Assembly: GCA_951406725.2 (NCBI GenBank)
Contig: OX597831.1
Location: 3,472,001 to 3,536,000, forward strand
DNA: 64,000 bases
Source of the DNA: Octopus vulgaris
Taxonomy: Eukaryota
Reading direction: 5' to 3'
How positions within the stretch are numbered: position 1 is the stretch's first letter; the number at the start of each line of letters is the position of its first letter. The notes beneath the pieces are model-generated. The model was not told where the DNA came from, ran no database searches, and was given only the letters and a program-made list of their open reading frames with translations. This document shows, in pieces, positions 12,196 to 28,353 of this stretch. A program made the translations under genes and the position numbers.

Positions 12196-12520
12196 TGGAA
12201 GAAAGACTTATAGTGGGAATATTCATCTATTAACCGATGTCACAATTTGTTTGAATATTGCCCACGTGATCAACAAAATTTGACCAATCACGGTTTGTAT
12301 GGGATAGGCTCTAGCAATAATTTCGTTTTTCTGTGTGTGCTTCCTTCTGAGCCTATCAACCAGTATAAATTCGACATGCCATGACTACTTGACAGAAAGC
12401 TTTGGGATGCAGCAAATAGAGAGAGTATTGATAGACACCATTGGAGTTTGGCCAACAGAGACAGCAGACAGCAGCTGACAACACAAACGCAATGAACAGT
12501 CAGAAGATGGATGACATTAA

Positions 12521-12739
12521 CCCTTTAGTATTTAAACCGGCCATATCCGGCCAAAATATTTAATCTGTTTTATGTTCAAACTGACCAGATCCAGGCTCTC
12601 ACACCTACCTTACAATGTTATTCTACATTAAATAATTACACCATCAAGATCTTGAAGATATGAGATAATGCATGATTAATTCAAATCAATGGGAATCAAT
12701 AGGCATTATGTTTGATAGAATAATCTGAACGCTAAAGGG
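12521..12739. mobile_element. piggyBac-type MITE
   Basis: TTAA|ccctttag...ctaaaggg|TTAA (TIRs plus TTAA TSD). Related copies at 29240-29455 and 47986-48206. Confidence 0.85.
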
Positions 12740-13232
12740 TTAAAAGTTAGCAGCTGGCAAGCAACTAACAACCATATTCAAGGTGAGTAAGAATGTGACT
12801 ATTAGTAATGAGACAAGGGTGGTTTACCATTCTTGGGAATGGATTCACTGTCATAGATTGCGAAAGATCTCTATGGAGGGAGAAAGTTTAAGGAGCTTGG
12901 AGAGAAAAGAACTTTGCTCTTGAAGGTAATGGAATGGTCTATTAATTCCAGGCTCATTGTTAAATTAACGTGATGAAGGATATAGATTATCAGTATTTGA
13001 GGTGGCAAAGGTGCATTGGATAAAGATTCTTAGCAGCATTTCTTCTGGTTTTTAACATTCTGAGTTCAAGTTCTGCTGAGGTCAACGTCACCTTTTAGCC
13101 TTTAGAGGTTGACAAAATATGTACCAATTTAGCCCTGGGGTCAATGTAATCGACTGACATGTCTACCTTAAAAATTGTTGGCCTTGTGCTAAAACTAGAA
13201 ACAATCATTTGAGTTAGCAGAGTTACTAGAGT

Positions 13233-13473
13233 TATTTTTTAAAATTCTTTTATTGCCCACAAGGGGACAAACATAGAGGGGACAAACAATGACAGACAAA
13301 GGGATTAAGTCAACTACATTGACCCCAGTGCGTAACTGGTACTTAATTTATCGACCCCGAAAGGATGAAAGGCAAAGTCGACCTCAGCAGAATTTGAACT
13401 CAGAATGTAATGGCTGACGAAATATCACTAAGCATTTTGCCCGGTGTGCTAACGTTTCTGCTAGCTCGCCGCC
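13233..13473 (-). mobile_element. tRNA-derived SINE family C with 15-bp TSD
   Basis: TSD cagagttactagagt at 13218-13232 and 13473-13487. The central gcctttcatcctttcggggtcgataaa segment resembles a conserved SINE central domain (Meta/Nin-type, from recall). Confidence 0.85.
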
Positions 13474-14085
13474 AGAGTTACTAGAGTATTGGATAAAATG
13501 CTTTGCAGCATTTCTTCTGACAAGCCGACATCCCCCATCTCCACAGCCTTCCATCCTATTCTTCTGATGCAGTTCCTTATGTCCGCATCATCCCCTTCAC
13601 AGCTCCTCTCCCCAACCTTCTTTTGATAAAATCATTTCCTTGCTTCCATAAACATCTTAATACAAGTAAGCCTCTGAGACCTTGTTATTTTTTCCTTTTT
13701 ATCCCGAGTTCAAATCCTATCAGCTTTGCCTTTCATCCTGTTAGGATCAATAATATAAAGTATGAATCTAGTCCTGGCATTGAGGGTACTGACTACTCCC
13801 ACTTCACTCAAAACTGCTTGTGTTGTGTTTAAATCAGAAACCATTATTTTCATGTAATTTAAGACAGTGGAATGGCAGAATCATTAATGTGTCTGAGAAA
13901 ATGCCTTGTGGTATTTGTTGTGGGCCTTTAGATTCTAAGTTCGAATCTCTCAGAAGCCACCTTTACTTTTCATCCTTCCAGGGTCAATAAAATAAGGTAG
14001 CAGTTATATACTGGAATCAATGTAAGCAAAGTTCTTTCTCCAAAATTTCTAGCTTTCTGTATTTGTTAGAAATTATTTCTGTTTA

Positions 14086-14496
14086 AGGCACAGGAGTGGC
14101 TGTGTGGTAAGTAGCTTGCTTACCAGCCACATGGTTCTGGGTTCAGTCCCACTGCATGGCACTTTGGGCAAGTGTCTTCTACTACAGCCTCGGGCCAACC
14201 AAAGTCTTGTGAGTGGATTTGGGAGACAGAAACTGAAAGAAGCCTGTTGTATATATGTATATATATATATATGTATGTGTGTTTGTTTGTGTGTCTGTGT
14301 TTGTTCCCCTAGCATTGCTTGACAACAGATGCTGGTGTGTCTACGTCTCCGTAACTTAGCGGTTCGGTAAAAGAAACAGATAGAATAAGTACTAGGCTTA
14401 CAAAGAATTAGTCCTGGGGTCAATTTGCTCGACTAAAGGCGGTGCTCCAGCATGGCTGCAGTCAAATGACTGAAACAAGTAAAAGAGTAAAAGAGT
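14086..14496 (+). mobile_element. SINE family A, full length
   Basis: Head aggcacaggagtggctgtgtgg, internal (TA)/(TG) tract, tail (gtaaaaga)n. Confidence 0.9.
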
Positions 14497-14612
14497 ATGT
14501 GTCTATTGAAAATTTTGTAATTCCTCTGTGTTGTACCATGGACAAGTGTCTTCTACTATAGCTCCAGGCCTTGTGAGTGAATTTGGTTGCCAGAAACTGT
14601 GTGGAAGCCCAT

Positions 14613-14653
<41 letters not shown>

Positions 14654-14714
14654 CACACACACACACATGCACACACACGCACACACACACACACAGACAC
14701 ACACACATATCTAC

Positions 14715-15390
14715 CTTTTATCTTTTACTTGTTTTGGTCATTAGACTGTGGCCATGCTGGGGCACTGACTTGAGGAGGTTTTTGTCAAACAAATCACCCT
14801 CAGTACTTATTATTTCTTTTAAAGCCTGGTACTTATTCAATCAGTCTCTTTTGCTGAACTGCTAAATTATAAGGATGTAAACACACCAACACCAGTTGCC
14901 AAGTGATTGTGGGGGACAAACACAGACACAAAGACACGCATATGTGCACCCCCCCATGTACACACACATGCGCGTGCACACTCGTACACACATGTACATA
15001 TATGTTTCTTTATTACCCACAAGGGGCTAAACATAGAGGGGACAAAGAAGGTCAGACAGACAGATTAAGTCGATTATATCAACCCCAGTGCATAACTGGT
15101 ACTTAATTTATCGACTCCAAAAAGGATGAAAGGCAAAGTCAACCTCGATGGAATTTGAACTCAGAATGTAATGGCAGACGAAATACGGCTACGCAATTCG
15201 CCCGGCGTGCTAATGATTCTGCCAGCTCGCCACCTTATGTACATATATGACAGTCTTCTTACAGTTTCTATCTATCAAATCCACTCACAAGGCTTTGGTC
15301 AGCTCGAGGTTATTGTAGAAGACACTTGTCCAAGGTGCCATGCCGTGGAACTGAACCCAAAACTACAGACCCACAGCTGCACCTGTGATA
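14715..15390 (-). mobile_element. SINE family A interrupted by a family C SINE (15005-15235)
   Basis: The nested copy is flanked by the direct repeat atgtacatatatg. Confidence 0.75.
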
Positions 15391-15520
15391 ATAATTCCTC
15401 TCCAAAATATAATTCATAAGGGAAGCTGCACCCCTACTGGCACAGTCATGCAGGAAAAAACTTTATATTTCATTTTAAAAATTTGGGGGATTAAACTAAA
15501 AATAAATAAATAAATAAATT

Positions 15521-15931
15521 AGGCGCAGGAGTGGCTGTGTGGTAAGTAGCTTGCTAACCAAACACATGGTTCCGGGTTCAGTCCCACTGCGTGGCATCTT
15601 GGGCAAGTGTCTTCTGCTATAGCCCCGGGCCGACCAATGCCTTGTGAGTGGATTTGGTAGACGGAAACTGAAAGAAGCCTGTCGTATATATGTATATATA
15701 TATGTGTGTTTGTGTGTCTGTGTTTGTCCCCCTAGCATTGCTTGACAACCGATGCTGGTGTGTTTACGTCCCCGTCACTTAGCGGTTCGGCAAAAAGAGA
15801 CCGATAGAATAAGTTCTGGGCTTACAAAAAGAATAAGTCCTGGGGTCGAGTTGCTCGACTAAAGGCGGTGCTCCAGCATGTCCGCAGTCAAATGACTGAA
15901 ACAAGTAAAAGAGAAAAGAGTAAAGAGTAAA
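15521..15931 (+). mobile_element. SINE family A, full length
   Basis: Near-identical to the copies at 20332, 32355 (inverted) and 59177 (inverted). Confidence 0.9.
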
Positions 15932-16829
15932 ATAATGGTTAATTTGTGCAGATTTTGGATTAATTGCAGAAATTTATAGAAGCACAATCAATTACAATTC
16001 CAGTTCTAGGAAGATAAGGAAGATATTAAACAGTTCCACCTTATACTTTTACAGTTCTATGAAAAGGTCAATATTTCCATTTCTCTTTTATAGTTCAGGA
16101 TTATGTCATATCATCATTTCCACTTCCCCACTTTACCGTTCCAGCAATAGATCAATATTTCCACTTTACTTTACTTTTAGAACTCGGGAAGATGTCTGTA
16201 TTTCCAATTTCCCACTTATAGTTCTAGCAATAAATCAATATTCACCCCACCCCCCCTCAACCACTCCCACCTCCCACACCTACTTAACCGTAGAGTTCCA
16301 GGAACAGACTGACATTTTTAGTCACCTACCCAACCCCCCATCCCCACCAGCTTATATAATTCTTGAACCAGACCGTTTCCACTTCTCCATTTTTGTATTT
16401 TCATGAACCGATCGACAGAAGAAACTTTCGGAATCAACTTCTGTTAGTTTATCTCTTTTATCAGAGACAGACTTCAACAATTACTTAATTGGACAAGCTT
16501 TTAACAAGCCCACATCATCCATTCCACATCTCTCTGTCTGTCCTCTGATGGAATTCTCAAACAAGTCCACATTATCTTCTCTACATCCTTCCATCTCCTC
16601 TGATGGAATCCCTAAGCAAACTCACATCATCCATCTCCACAGCCCTCCATCTCCTTCTCAAATACAGCTCCTTATGTCCACATCATCCCCTTCACAGCTC
16701 CTCTCTCCAATCTTTTCCTAATAGAATAATTTCCTTGTGGTCTGTGTCTTGCTTCTGTAAACATCATTATACAAACAAATTTCTGACTGAGACCTCATTA
16801 TTATTTTCTCCTTATTCTGATGACAGCAA

Positions 16830-19345
16830 AAATAATAACGGTTTCAAAATTTGGCACAAGGCCAATAATTTTATGGGAGGAGACAAGTCAATTACAATGA
16901 CCCCAGTACTGAAATGGTAATTATTTTATCAACCCCAAAAGGATGGAAAACAAAGTTAACCTTGGCAGAATTTAAACTCAGAACAATAAACCGGATGAAA
17001 TGCTGCGTAGCATTTTGCCCAGCGTGCTAACAGTTCTGCCAACACATCATCTTCTGCATACAAAATGATGGCTTCAAATTTTGGCACAGACCAATAATTT
17101 TATGGGCGGTGATAAGTCAATTACATTGACCTTAGTACTGAACTTGTTCTTGTTTTATTGACCCCAAAGGGGTGAAAGGCAAAGCTGACATCACCGGAAT
17201 TTAAACTCAGATTTTGGTACAAGGCCAGTAATCTCATGGGGGGGGGGGAACGAGTCGATTACATTGACCCCCAGTATTGAAATGGTACTTATTTTGTCAA
17301 ACCCGAAAAGTCGAAAAGCAAAGTCAACCTTGGCGGAACTTAGACTCAGAACAATAAACCAGATGAAATGCTACGAAGCATTTTGCCCTACATTCTAAAG
17401 ATTCAGCCAGCTTATTGCCCTCTGCATACAAAATAATGATTCCAAGTTTTGGCACAAAACCAGTAATTTTGTGGGAGGGGATAAGTCAAATTACATTGAT
17501 CCCAGTACTGAAATGGTTCTTATTCTTTTCTACTCTAGACACAAGGCCCGAAATTTTGGGGAGGGGGGCCAGTTGATTAGATTGACCCCAGTACACAACT
17601 GGCTCTTAATTAATCGACCCAGAAAGGATGATAGGCAAAGTTGACCTCGGTGGAATTTGAACTCAGAACATAAAGACAGACGAAATACCTATTTCTATTT
17701 CTTTACTATCCACAAGGGGCTAAACATAGAGAGGACAAACAAGAACAGACAAACGGATTAAGTCGATTACATCGACCACAGTGCGTAACTGGTACTTAAT
17801 TTATCGACCCCGAAAGGATGAAAGGCAAAGTCGACCTCGGCAGAATTTGAACTCAGAACGTAACGGCAGACGAATTACGGCTACGCATTTCGCCCGGCGT
17901 GCTAACGTTTCTGCCAGACAGACGAAATACCGCTAAGTATTTTGCTTGGCGTGCTAACGTTTCTGCCAGCTTGCTGCCTTAAAACAATATTCTTTTCTAC
18001 TCTAGGCACAAGGCCTGAAATTTTGGGGGAGGGGACCAATCGATTAGATCAACCCCAGTATGTAACCGGTTCTTAATTTATTGATGAAGTCGACCTTGGC
18101 AGAATTTGAACTCACAACATAAAGACAGATGAAATACCAACTAAGTATTTTGTCTGGCATGCTAACGTATCTGTCAGCTTGCCACCTTAAAACAATATTC
18201 TTTTCTACTCTAGGCACAAGGCCTGCAATTTTGGGGGAGGGGGCCAGTTGATTAGATCAACCCCAGTATGTAACTGGTTCTTAATTTATCAACCCCGAAA
18301 GGATGAAAGGTAAAATCGACCTCAGGAGAATTTGAACTCAGAATGTAAAGATTGATGAAATACTTATTTCTTTATTACCCACAAGGGACTAAACACAGAG
18401 GGGACAAACAAGGACAGACATAGGTATTAAGTCGATTACATCGACCCCAGTGCGTAACTGGTACTTAATTTATCGATCCTGAAAGGATGAAAGGCAAAGT
18501 CGACCTCGGCAGAATTTGAACTCAGAATGTAACAGCAGACGAAATACGGCTAAGCATTTCGCCCAGCGTGCTAACGTTTCTGCCAGCTCACTGCCTTAAA
18601 TGGATAGATAGATGAAATACTGTTAAACATTTCACCTGGCATGCGAACATTTCTGCCAGCTCACTGCTTTTGAAATGGCTCTTATTGACCCCGAAAGAGA
18701 GAAAGGCAAAGTAGACATCAGCAGAACCCAACACCAGATGAGATGCTGCTAAACATTTGGCCCAGTATGCTGCTCATCACTCTCTGTCAACTCATCACAT
18801 TCTGCATACTAAACAAAGGCGTTGAATTTTGGCACAAGGCCAGCAATTTTGCAGGAGGAGATAAATTGATTACATCAACCTCATTACAGAACTGGTTCTT
18901 AGTTTATTGACCCCAAAAGGGTGAAGGACAAAGTTGACATTGGCAGAATTTAAACTCAGATTTTGGCGCAAAGCCAGTAATTTTGTGGAATGGTTTAAGC
19001 TGATTATATTGGCCCACCACTGAAATGGTTCTTATTTTATCGACCCCAAAAGGTGAAGGACAAAGTTGACATTGGCAGAATTTAAACTCAGATTTTGGCG
19101 CAAAGCCAGCAATTTTGTGGGATGGTTTAAGCTGATTACATCAACCTCATTACAGAACTGGTTCTTATTTTATTGACCCCAAAAGGGTGAAGGACAAAGT
19201 TGACATTGGCAGAATTTAAACTCAGATTTTGGCGCAAAGCCAGCAATTTTGTGGGATGGTTTAAGCTGATTACATTGGCCCACCACTGAAATGGTTCTTA
19301 TTTTATGAAATCTGAAAAGGTTGAAAACAAAGTCGACCTCAACAG
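16830..19345 (-). mobile_element. Cluster of more than a dozen head-to-tail and nested family C SINE copies and fragments
   Basis: Recurrent ggcacaaggcc...gattacatcgaccccag...aaaggcaaagtcgacctcggcagaatttgaactcag units, all in the same orientation. Local tandem duplications of about 127 bp at 18830-19305. Confidence 0.85.
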
Positions 19346-19729
19346 AATTGTTGACTATTTTATCTTATTTCCTATATGCAGCCAAGCCAGGAGCACATTA
19401 TTCAGTTTTGAAACTCTTTTTTGTATTTGGTTCAGTCATTGGATTGTGGCCCTGCTGGGGCACCACTTGGAAAAATCAAACCCTGTATTTATGGTTTTTA
19501 AGCCTGATACTTATTCAATTGGTCTCTTTTGATGAGATGCTCATTTACGGGGATGTAAACAAACCAACAGTGATTGTTAAGCAGTAGTAGTAGATTGTTA
19601 AGTAGTAGTAGTAGTAGGATTGTTAAGCAGCAGTAATAGTAGTACAAACGCAAACACACATACTCTCTCACACACATACACACACATACATGCACATACA
19701 CACACATATACAACACACATGTGCACACA

Positions 19730-19769
<40 letters not shown>

Positions 19770-20331
19770 GGTGCAGGTATAGTTGTGGGGCTAAGAAGCT
19801 CATTTTGCAACCACATGGTTTCAGGTTCAGTCTCACTGCATGGTACCTTGGTCAAGTATCTTTTACTATAGCTCCAGGCTATCCAATGCCTTGTAAGTAA
19901 GTTTGGTAGACAGAAACTGTGTTGAAGCCTAGCATATATCATCATCATGATCATCATTTGATATCCGTTTTCCATGTTGGCATGGGTTGGACGGCTTGAC
20001 AGGGACTGGTAACACTAGGGGCTACACAAGGTCCCATAGCATACTTATATATATATATGTGTTTGTGTGTGTGTGTGTCTCTGTGTGTCAGTGTTTATCC
20101 TCCCCCACCTCCTGAAAACTAGTGTTGGTTTATTTACATCCTCACAAAGATGACCAATAGAATAAGTACCAGACTTTAAAAAAAACAAAAAGACAAAATG
20201 AAAAAAAAAAACCCCAAAAAACAATCGGAGTCAAAATTGTTTAACTAAAACCCTTCACAGTGGTGCCCCAGCATGACCGCACCTAATGACTAGAACAAAT
20301 AAAACAATAAAACAAATAAAAGTTAAATAAC

Positions 20332-20730
20332 AGGACGCAGGAGTGGCTGTGTGGTAAGTAGCTTGTTTACCAGCCACATAGTTCCGGGTTCAGTCCCACT
20401 GTGTAGCACCTTGGACAAGTGTCTTCTACTATAGCCTCGGGCTGACCAAAGCCTTGTGAGTGGATTTGGTAGATGGAAACTGAAAGAAGCCCGTCGTATA
20501 TATGTATATATATGTATATATATGTGTGCGTGTATGTTTGTGTTTGTCTCCCTAGCATTGCTTGACAACCGATGCTGGTGTTTATGTCCCCATCACTTAG
20601 CGGTTCGGCAAAAGAGACCGATAGAATAAGTACTGGGCTTACAAAGAATAAGTCCCGGGGTCGAGTTGCTCGACTAAAGGCGGTGCTCCAGCATGGCCGC
20701 AGTCAAATGACTGAAACAAGTGAAAGAACA
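20332..20730 (+). mobile_element. SINE family A, full length
   Basis: As for 15521. Confidence 0.9.
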
Positions 20731-21057
20731 AAAGTTAAATAACAGGCAAAACAAGAATAGGCAAGTGAATGCGTCCTTTTTGAAGACAGCCGGTATGATT
20801 TGAGGATGATCAGGCTGTTATTTCTGGCATATATAAGTGACTGCATCAGAACCCAGCTCCTTATTAATTTGCCAGTGCTTGTCAGTGAAGTATGTACCGT
20901 ATTCTGTCTTCTGCCTTCTGCCCCTATTTCTACATTCTCTGTAAAATAACATCATGAATCACCGAAAATAGTTCCTGCAATCATGAGAAACTACAGACGG
21001 TAAAATCAATAGAATGCTTTGCCAAAAAATGTCCTTTTATCTATTCCTTGTCAGTTC

Positions 21058-24534
<3,477 letters not shown>

Positions 24535-25260
24535 AGAGATAGGACATGTGTTTGTGTGTGCGTTAAATGCACATGCTCATGAAAAATACACATCCTAGGC
24601 TGTCAAAGTTGGCAGCCATTTGATAAAATCAGATGACAGTGAGAGGTAGAAGGAGAGGAGAAGTAGAAGGAGAGAAAGAGGTGGAGAGAAAGAGTGAGTT
24701 AAAGCAAGGGGGTGAAAAAAAAAGAGACAGAAAAGGAGAGATATAGTGAGAGAGGGAGGATTATTGCAGGCATTTGGAGTAAAGTAAATGTAAGGCATGG
24801 GAAGTTCTTCTTGCCGTTGCTGTCGTTGTTGTTATTATTGTTATTGTTGCTGTTGTTGTCGTTGTTGTTGTTGTCGTTGTTGTCGTTGTTGTTGTTGTTG
24901 TTGTTGTTGTTGTCGTCGTTGTTGTTGTCGTTCCCATTACAGAGATGCATGAAGTTTTTCCTTTTTTTGCTGATGTAAAAGGTTATTGCTTGCGAAGATT
25001 GCATATTTTACATGTTTTCCTCGTGCGCTTCGTTTTACCCTTGGTTTCTTTGCATTTTACGCATAGAATTGATCGAGACGGCACGAGTAAATTAATCTGC
25101 TCTGGTAGTTAAGAAAACTCACTTTGCAACCATGCGGTTTTGGGTTCAATCTCAATGCAGGATACCTCGGGCAAATGTCTTCTATTATAGCCCCAGACCA
25201 ACCAATGCCCCTGAGAGCAAATATGTTAAACAGAAACTGGGTGAATGCCCATCGTATATA

Positions 25261-26532
25261 TTGGGTTGGCAAGTAAGTTCCCGACATTTTTTCAAATTTG
25301 GGAATTTATTGCGCTTCTAAATTTTGGAATCTATTTTTTCCGAGAATTTTATTTTTGAATCATTTTGGAATATATTTTGTTTTTTTTTCTAGTTAACTAG
25401 TTAATTTTTGTTTATTTTCAGATCATTAAAATGGAATGTCAAGTTAAGAAAAACGAGCTTTTTAGACACCTCCTTTTTGCTTTTAATCAAGGTTCTAAGG
25501 CCGCAAAAGCTGCTCGCGATATTTGTGCTGTGTATGGAGAAGGTGCCATAGCTGAAAGAACCACTCGTGATTGGTATGCCAAGTTCAAAAATGGAAGTTT
25601 TGACCTCAAAGAGACACATCATTCTGGCCGCCCAGTTGAGTTTGATGAACAGTAACTAAACCAACTTCTGTATGAAAATTCTCATCAAACAACAAGAGAA
25701 CTGGCAGAGAAAATGGAATGCTCCCACACTGCTATAGAGAAGCATCTTCACTCAATGGGAAAGGTTAAGAAGTATGGAGCATGGGTTCCGCATGCTTTAA
25801 GTGACAATAACAAAAATCAACGAGCCACAATCTCCGCTGGTTTGCTTGCTCGTCACCGCTCAACTCATGGACACAAGCAATGATTTCTTTACCGAATCAT
25901 TACTGGCGACGAAAAATGGTGCCTGTACATCAATATAAAGCAGCGTAAGGAATGGCTTAGCCCTGGTAAACAAGCGACACCGCGTGTGAAACAAGATCTT
26001 CATCCGCGTTAAACGATGTTGTACGTATGGTGGGATTGGGAAGGGATTATCCATTATGAATTGCTTGAACGGAACCATAAGGCCAACATGGAACTCTATG
26101 TTCAACAGATGGAACAACTCAACATGGCTATTCAAGAGAAAGGACCTAATCATCAGCATAGAGTTATTCAGCTGCACGACAACGCCCGCCCTCATATCGC
26201 CAATATGACCAAGGAAGCCATTTAAACGCATGGCTGGGAAGTGCTGCCACACCCACCGTACTCTCTTGATTTGGCACCAATGGATTTCCACCTCTTTCCA
26301 TCTCTTTCAAATGCTATGCGCAGAGTTTCGGTTGATAGTGATGCAGAATTGAGAGCTTGGCTGATTCAGTTTTATGAGTTGAAATCGGGTTATTTCTACC
26401 AATGAGGTATTGAAAATCATATTTAATGCCGGAGAGAAGTTGTAAACGACATGGGTGAATACATTATTGATTAATTAGTTGTTATTTTTTTATCAAACCT
26501 TTTAAAAATTTAAAGCTGGTGTAGAACTCAAT
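25261..26532 (+). mobile_element. mariner DNA transposon (decayed), inserted at a TA in a SINE A remnant
   Basis: Left TIR ta|ttgggttggcaagtaagtt; the right TIR is eroded (aactcaata|ta). Transposase pseudogene inside. Confidence 0.85.
25431..26474 (+). pseudogene. mariner transposase (DD34D), in frame but with several stop codons
   Basis: Motifs SGRP, WVPHAL, IITGDEKW, LHDNARPH, HPPYSLDLAPMDFHLF and GEYIID* read in one frame from the ATG at 25431. Confidence 0.92.
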
Positions 26533-26732
26533 ATATGTATGCTTCAGAATGAGGCATTAGTCAAAAATAGAGCAGTAATACGAAAAGAGATTAGAAAGTA
26601 ATTAACAATTATCTTATGCACTCCATTAGCTTATTGCTGTTTCCACTATATGATGCAGTGAACTCATAGTTGAGTGCTTGATACTCAAGCACTCATATAT
26701 AGCTTTATAGCTTCATCAGAGCTTTGAATATA

Positions 26733-26773
<41 letters not shown>

Positions 26774-26774
<1 letters not shown>

Positions 26775-27380
26775 AGTACATACATAGATGCATTCATCTA
26801 TATGATATATAAAAAACTTCTAAGAATTTATAAATTGTGTTTAATATCATATGCCTGAAGAGAATGGTTTGATCAAACATTCGATTTTTACTAAATCATT
26901 TAACCCACCATTTCTTTCAAAATTTTAACCTTGTGATTCTATTAACTCTGATGAGAGAAATATAGAGTATTGCTATGGTTGGAGTTAGCTTGCCCATACC
27001 AACCTATATCTTTTCGAAATGGCTGTAGGACTTTATACATAGACTTTATATATGTTCCAGACTCCTTATGAATAATTTTACAGCCGCTTTATCATCCTCT
27101 TCATTCGGACTTTGCAAGTACATTTATGGACTTACACTTTTTATATATTTATATTCCTGAATTTTTGTGTTTATAAATTTTTATATGTGTATGAAATTTT
27201 ATATATTTTTAAAATTTTCATGCATGTGTATGTATTTATAAATTCTTATAAGTTTTTTATATATCATATAGATGAATGTATCTATGTATGTACTTTGTCT
27301 ACCATGGAGAATTTCCTTAATATGGATTCAATGAATATATACATCGGCCTCGAATTTGTTTTCTCCTCTCCTTAAATTTA
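26774..27380 (+). mobile_element. Penelope-like terminal region with 62-bp inverted repeat and hammerhead-like motif, next to (TA)n
   Basis: IR arms at 26774-26835 and 27234-27295 (2 mismatches). ctgatga...gaaa...gta at 26948-27027. Confidence 0.55.
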
Positions 27381-27459
27381 TATTCCTGAAGCTCAACCAG
27401 AGTCCTATTTGGTTGAGCTGTGTATAAAGTGGATACCTATATCACTTAATTCTTCTGGC

Positions 27460-27923
27460 ATCCATGCAAGTGGAGCACTAATAGCACCATCCGGGTGTGA
27501 TCGTTGCCAGAACAGCTGACTGGCTTCTGTACTGGTTGCATGTAAAAAGTACCATTCAAGCGTGATCATTACCAGTGTCACCTTACTGGCACTTGTGCCA
27601 GTGGCATGTGAAAAAACATTCGATCCAGGTCATTGCCAGTGCCGCTGGACTGGCTCCTGTGCAGGTGGCACGTAAAAAACACCATTTGAGCTTGGCTGTT
27701 GCCAGTACTGCCTGACTGGCCCTCATATCGGTGGCACATAAAAGCACCCACTACACTCTCGGAGTGGTTGGCATCAGGAAGGGCATCCAGCTGTAGAAAC
27801 TCTGCCAGATCAGATTGGAGCCTGGTGCAGCCATCTGGTTCGCCAGTCCTCAGTCAAATCGTCCAACCCATGCTAGCGTGAAAAGCGGACGTTAAACAAT
27901 GATGACGATGATGATGATGATGA
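27460..27923 (+). mobile_element. RTE LINE 3' fragment (diverged subfamily)
   Basis: Ends in gtccaacccatgctagcgtgaaaagcggacgttaaacaatgatg. Confidence 0.8.
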
Positions 27924-28353
27924 TATATATACATATACATACATACACATAGTGTGCTTTTTGTCATTGTGTGCATACCCCACCACAGCTTGACAACCAG
28001 TGCGAGTTTCTTTACATTTTCATAACTAAGCAAGCAGTTCAGTAGAACGATACGGATAGAATAAATGCCAGACTTCAAAAGTAAAAACTGGGGTCAATTT
28101 GTTTAACTAAACCTTTCAAGGTAGTGCTCTAGCATGGCCACAGTTCAAATGACTGAAATGAGCCAAAGGGTCAAAGGTGAAAAGTTAATCTACCACCCAT
28201 TCATTCTTATCATAGTTCTTTCATCACAAGATGCAAGGTGTGTGCAGAGTACCCTTTCATATTGCTCACTCAGTATCCAATATATATGTATCTGCTGGTA
28301 TCTGGAGGCTATTTGTTATCATAGCTGCTATGTCTGTAAGAATCTTTCTTTAA

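Noticed and set aside
26671-26695. 11-bp hairpin tgagtgcttga-tac-tcaagcactca
   Set aside because: Too short to distinguish from a chance or local repair event, and no associated element is recognised.
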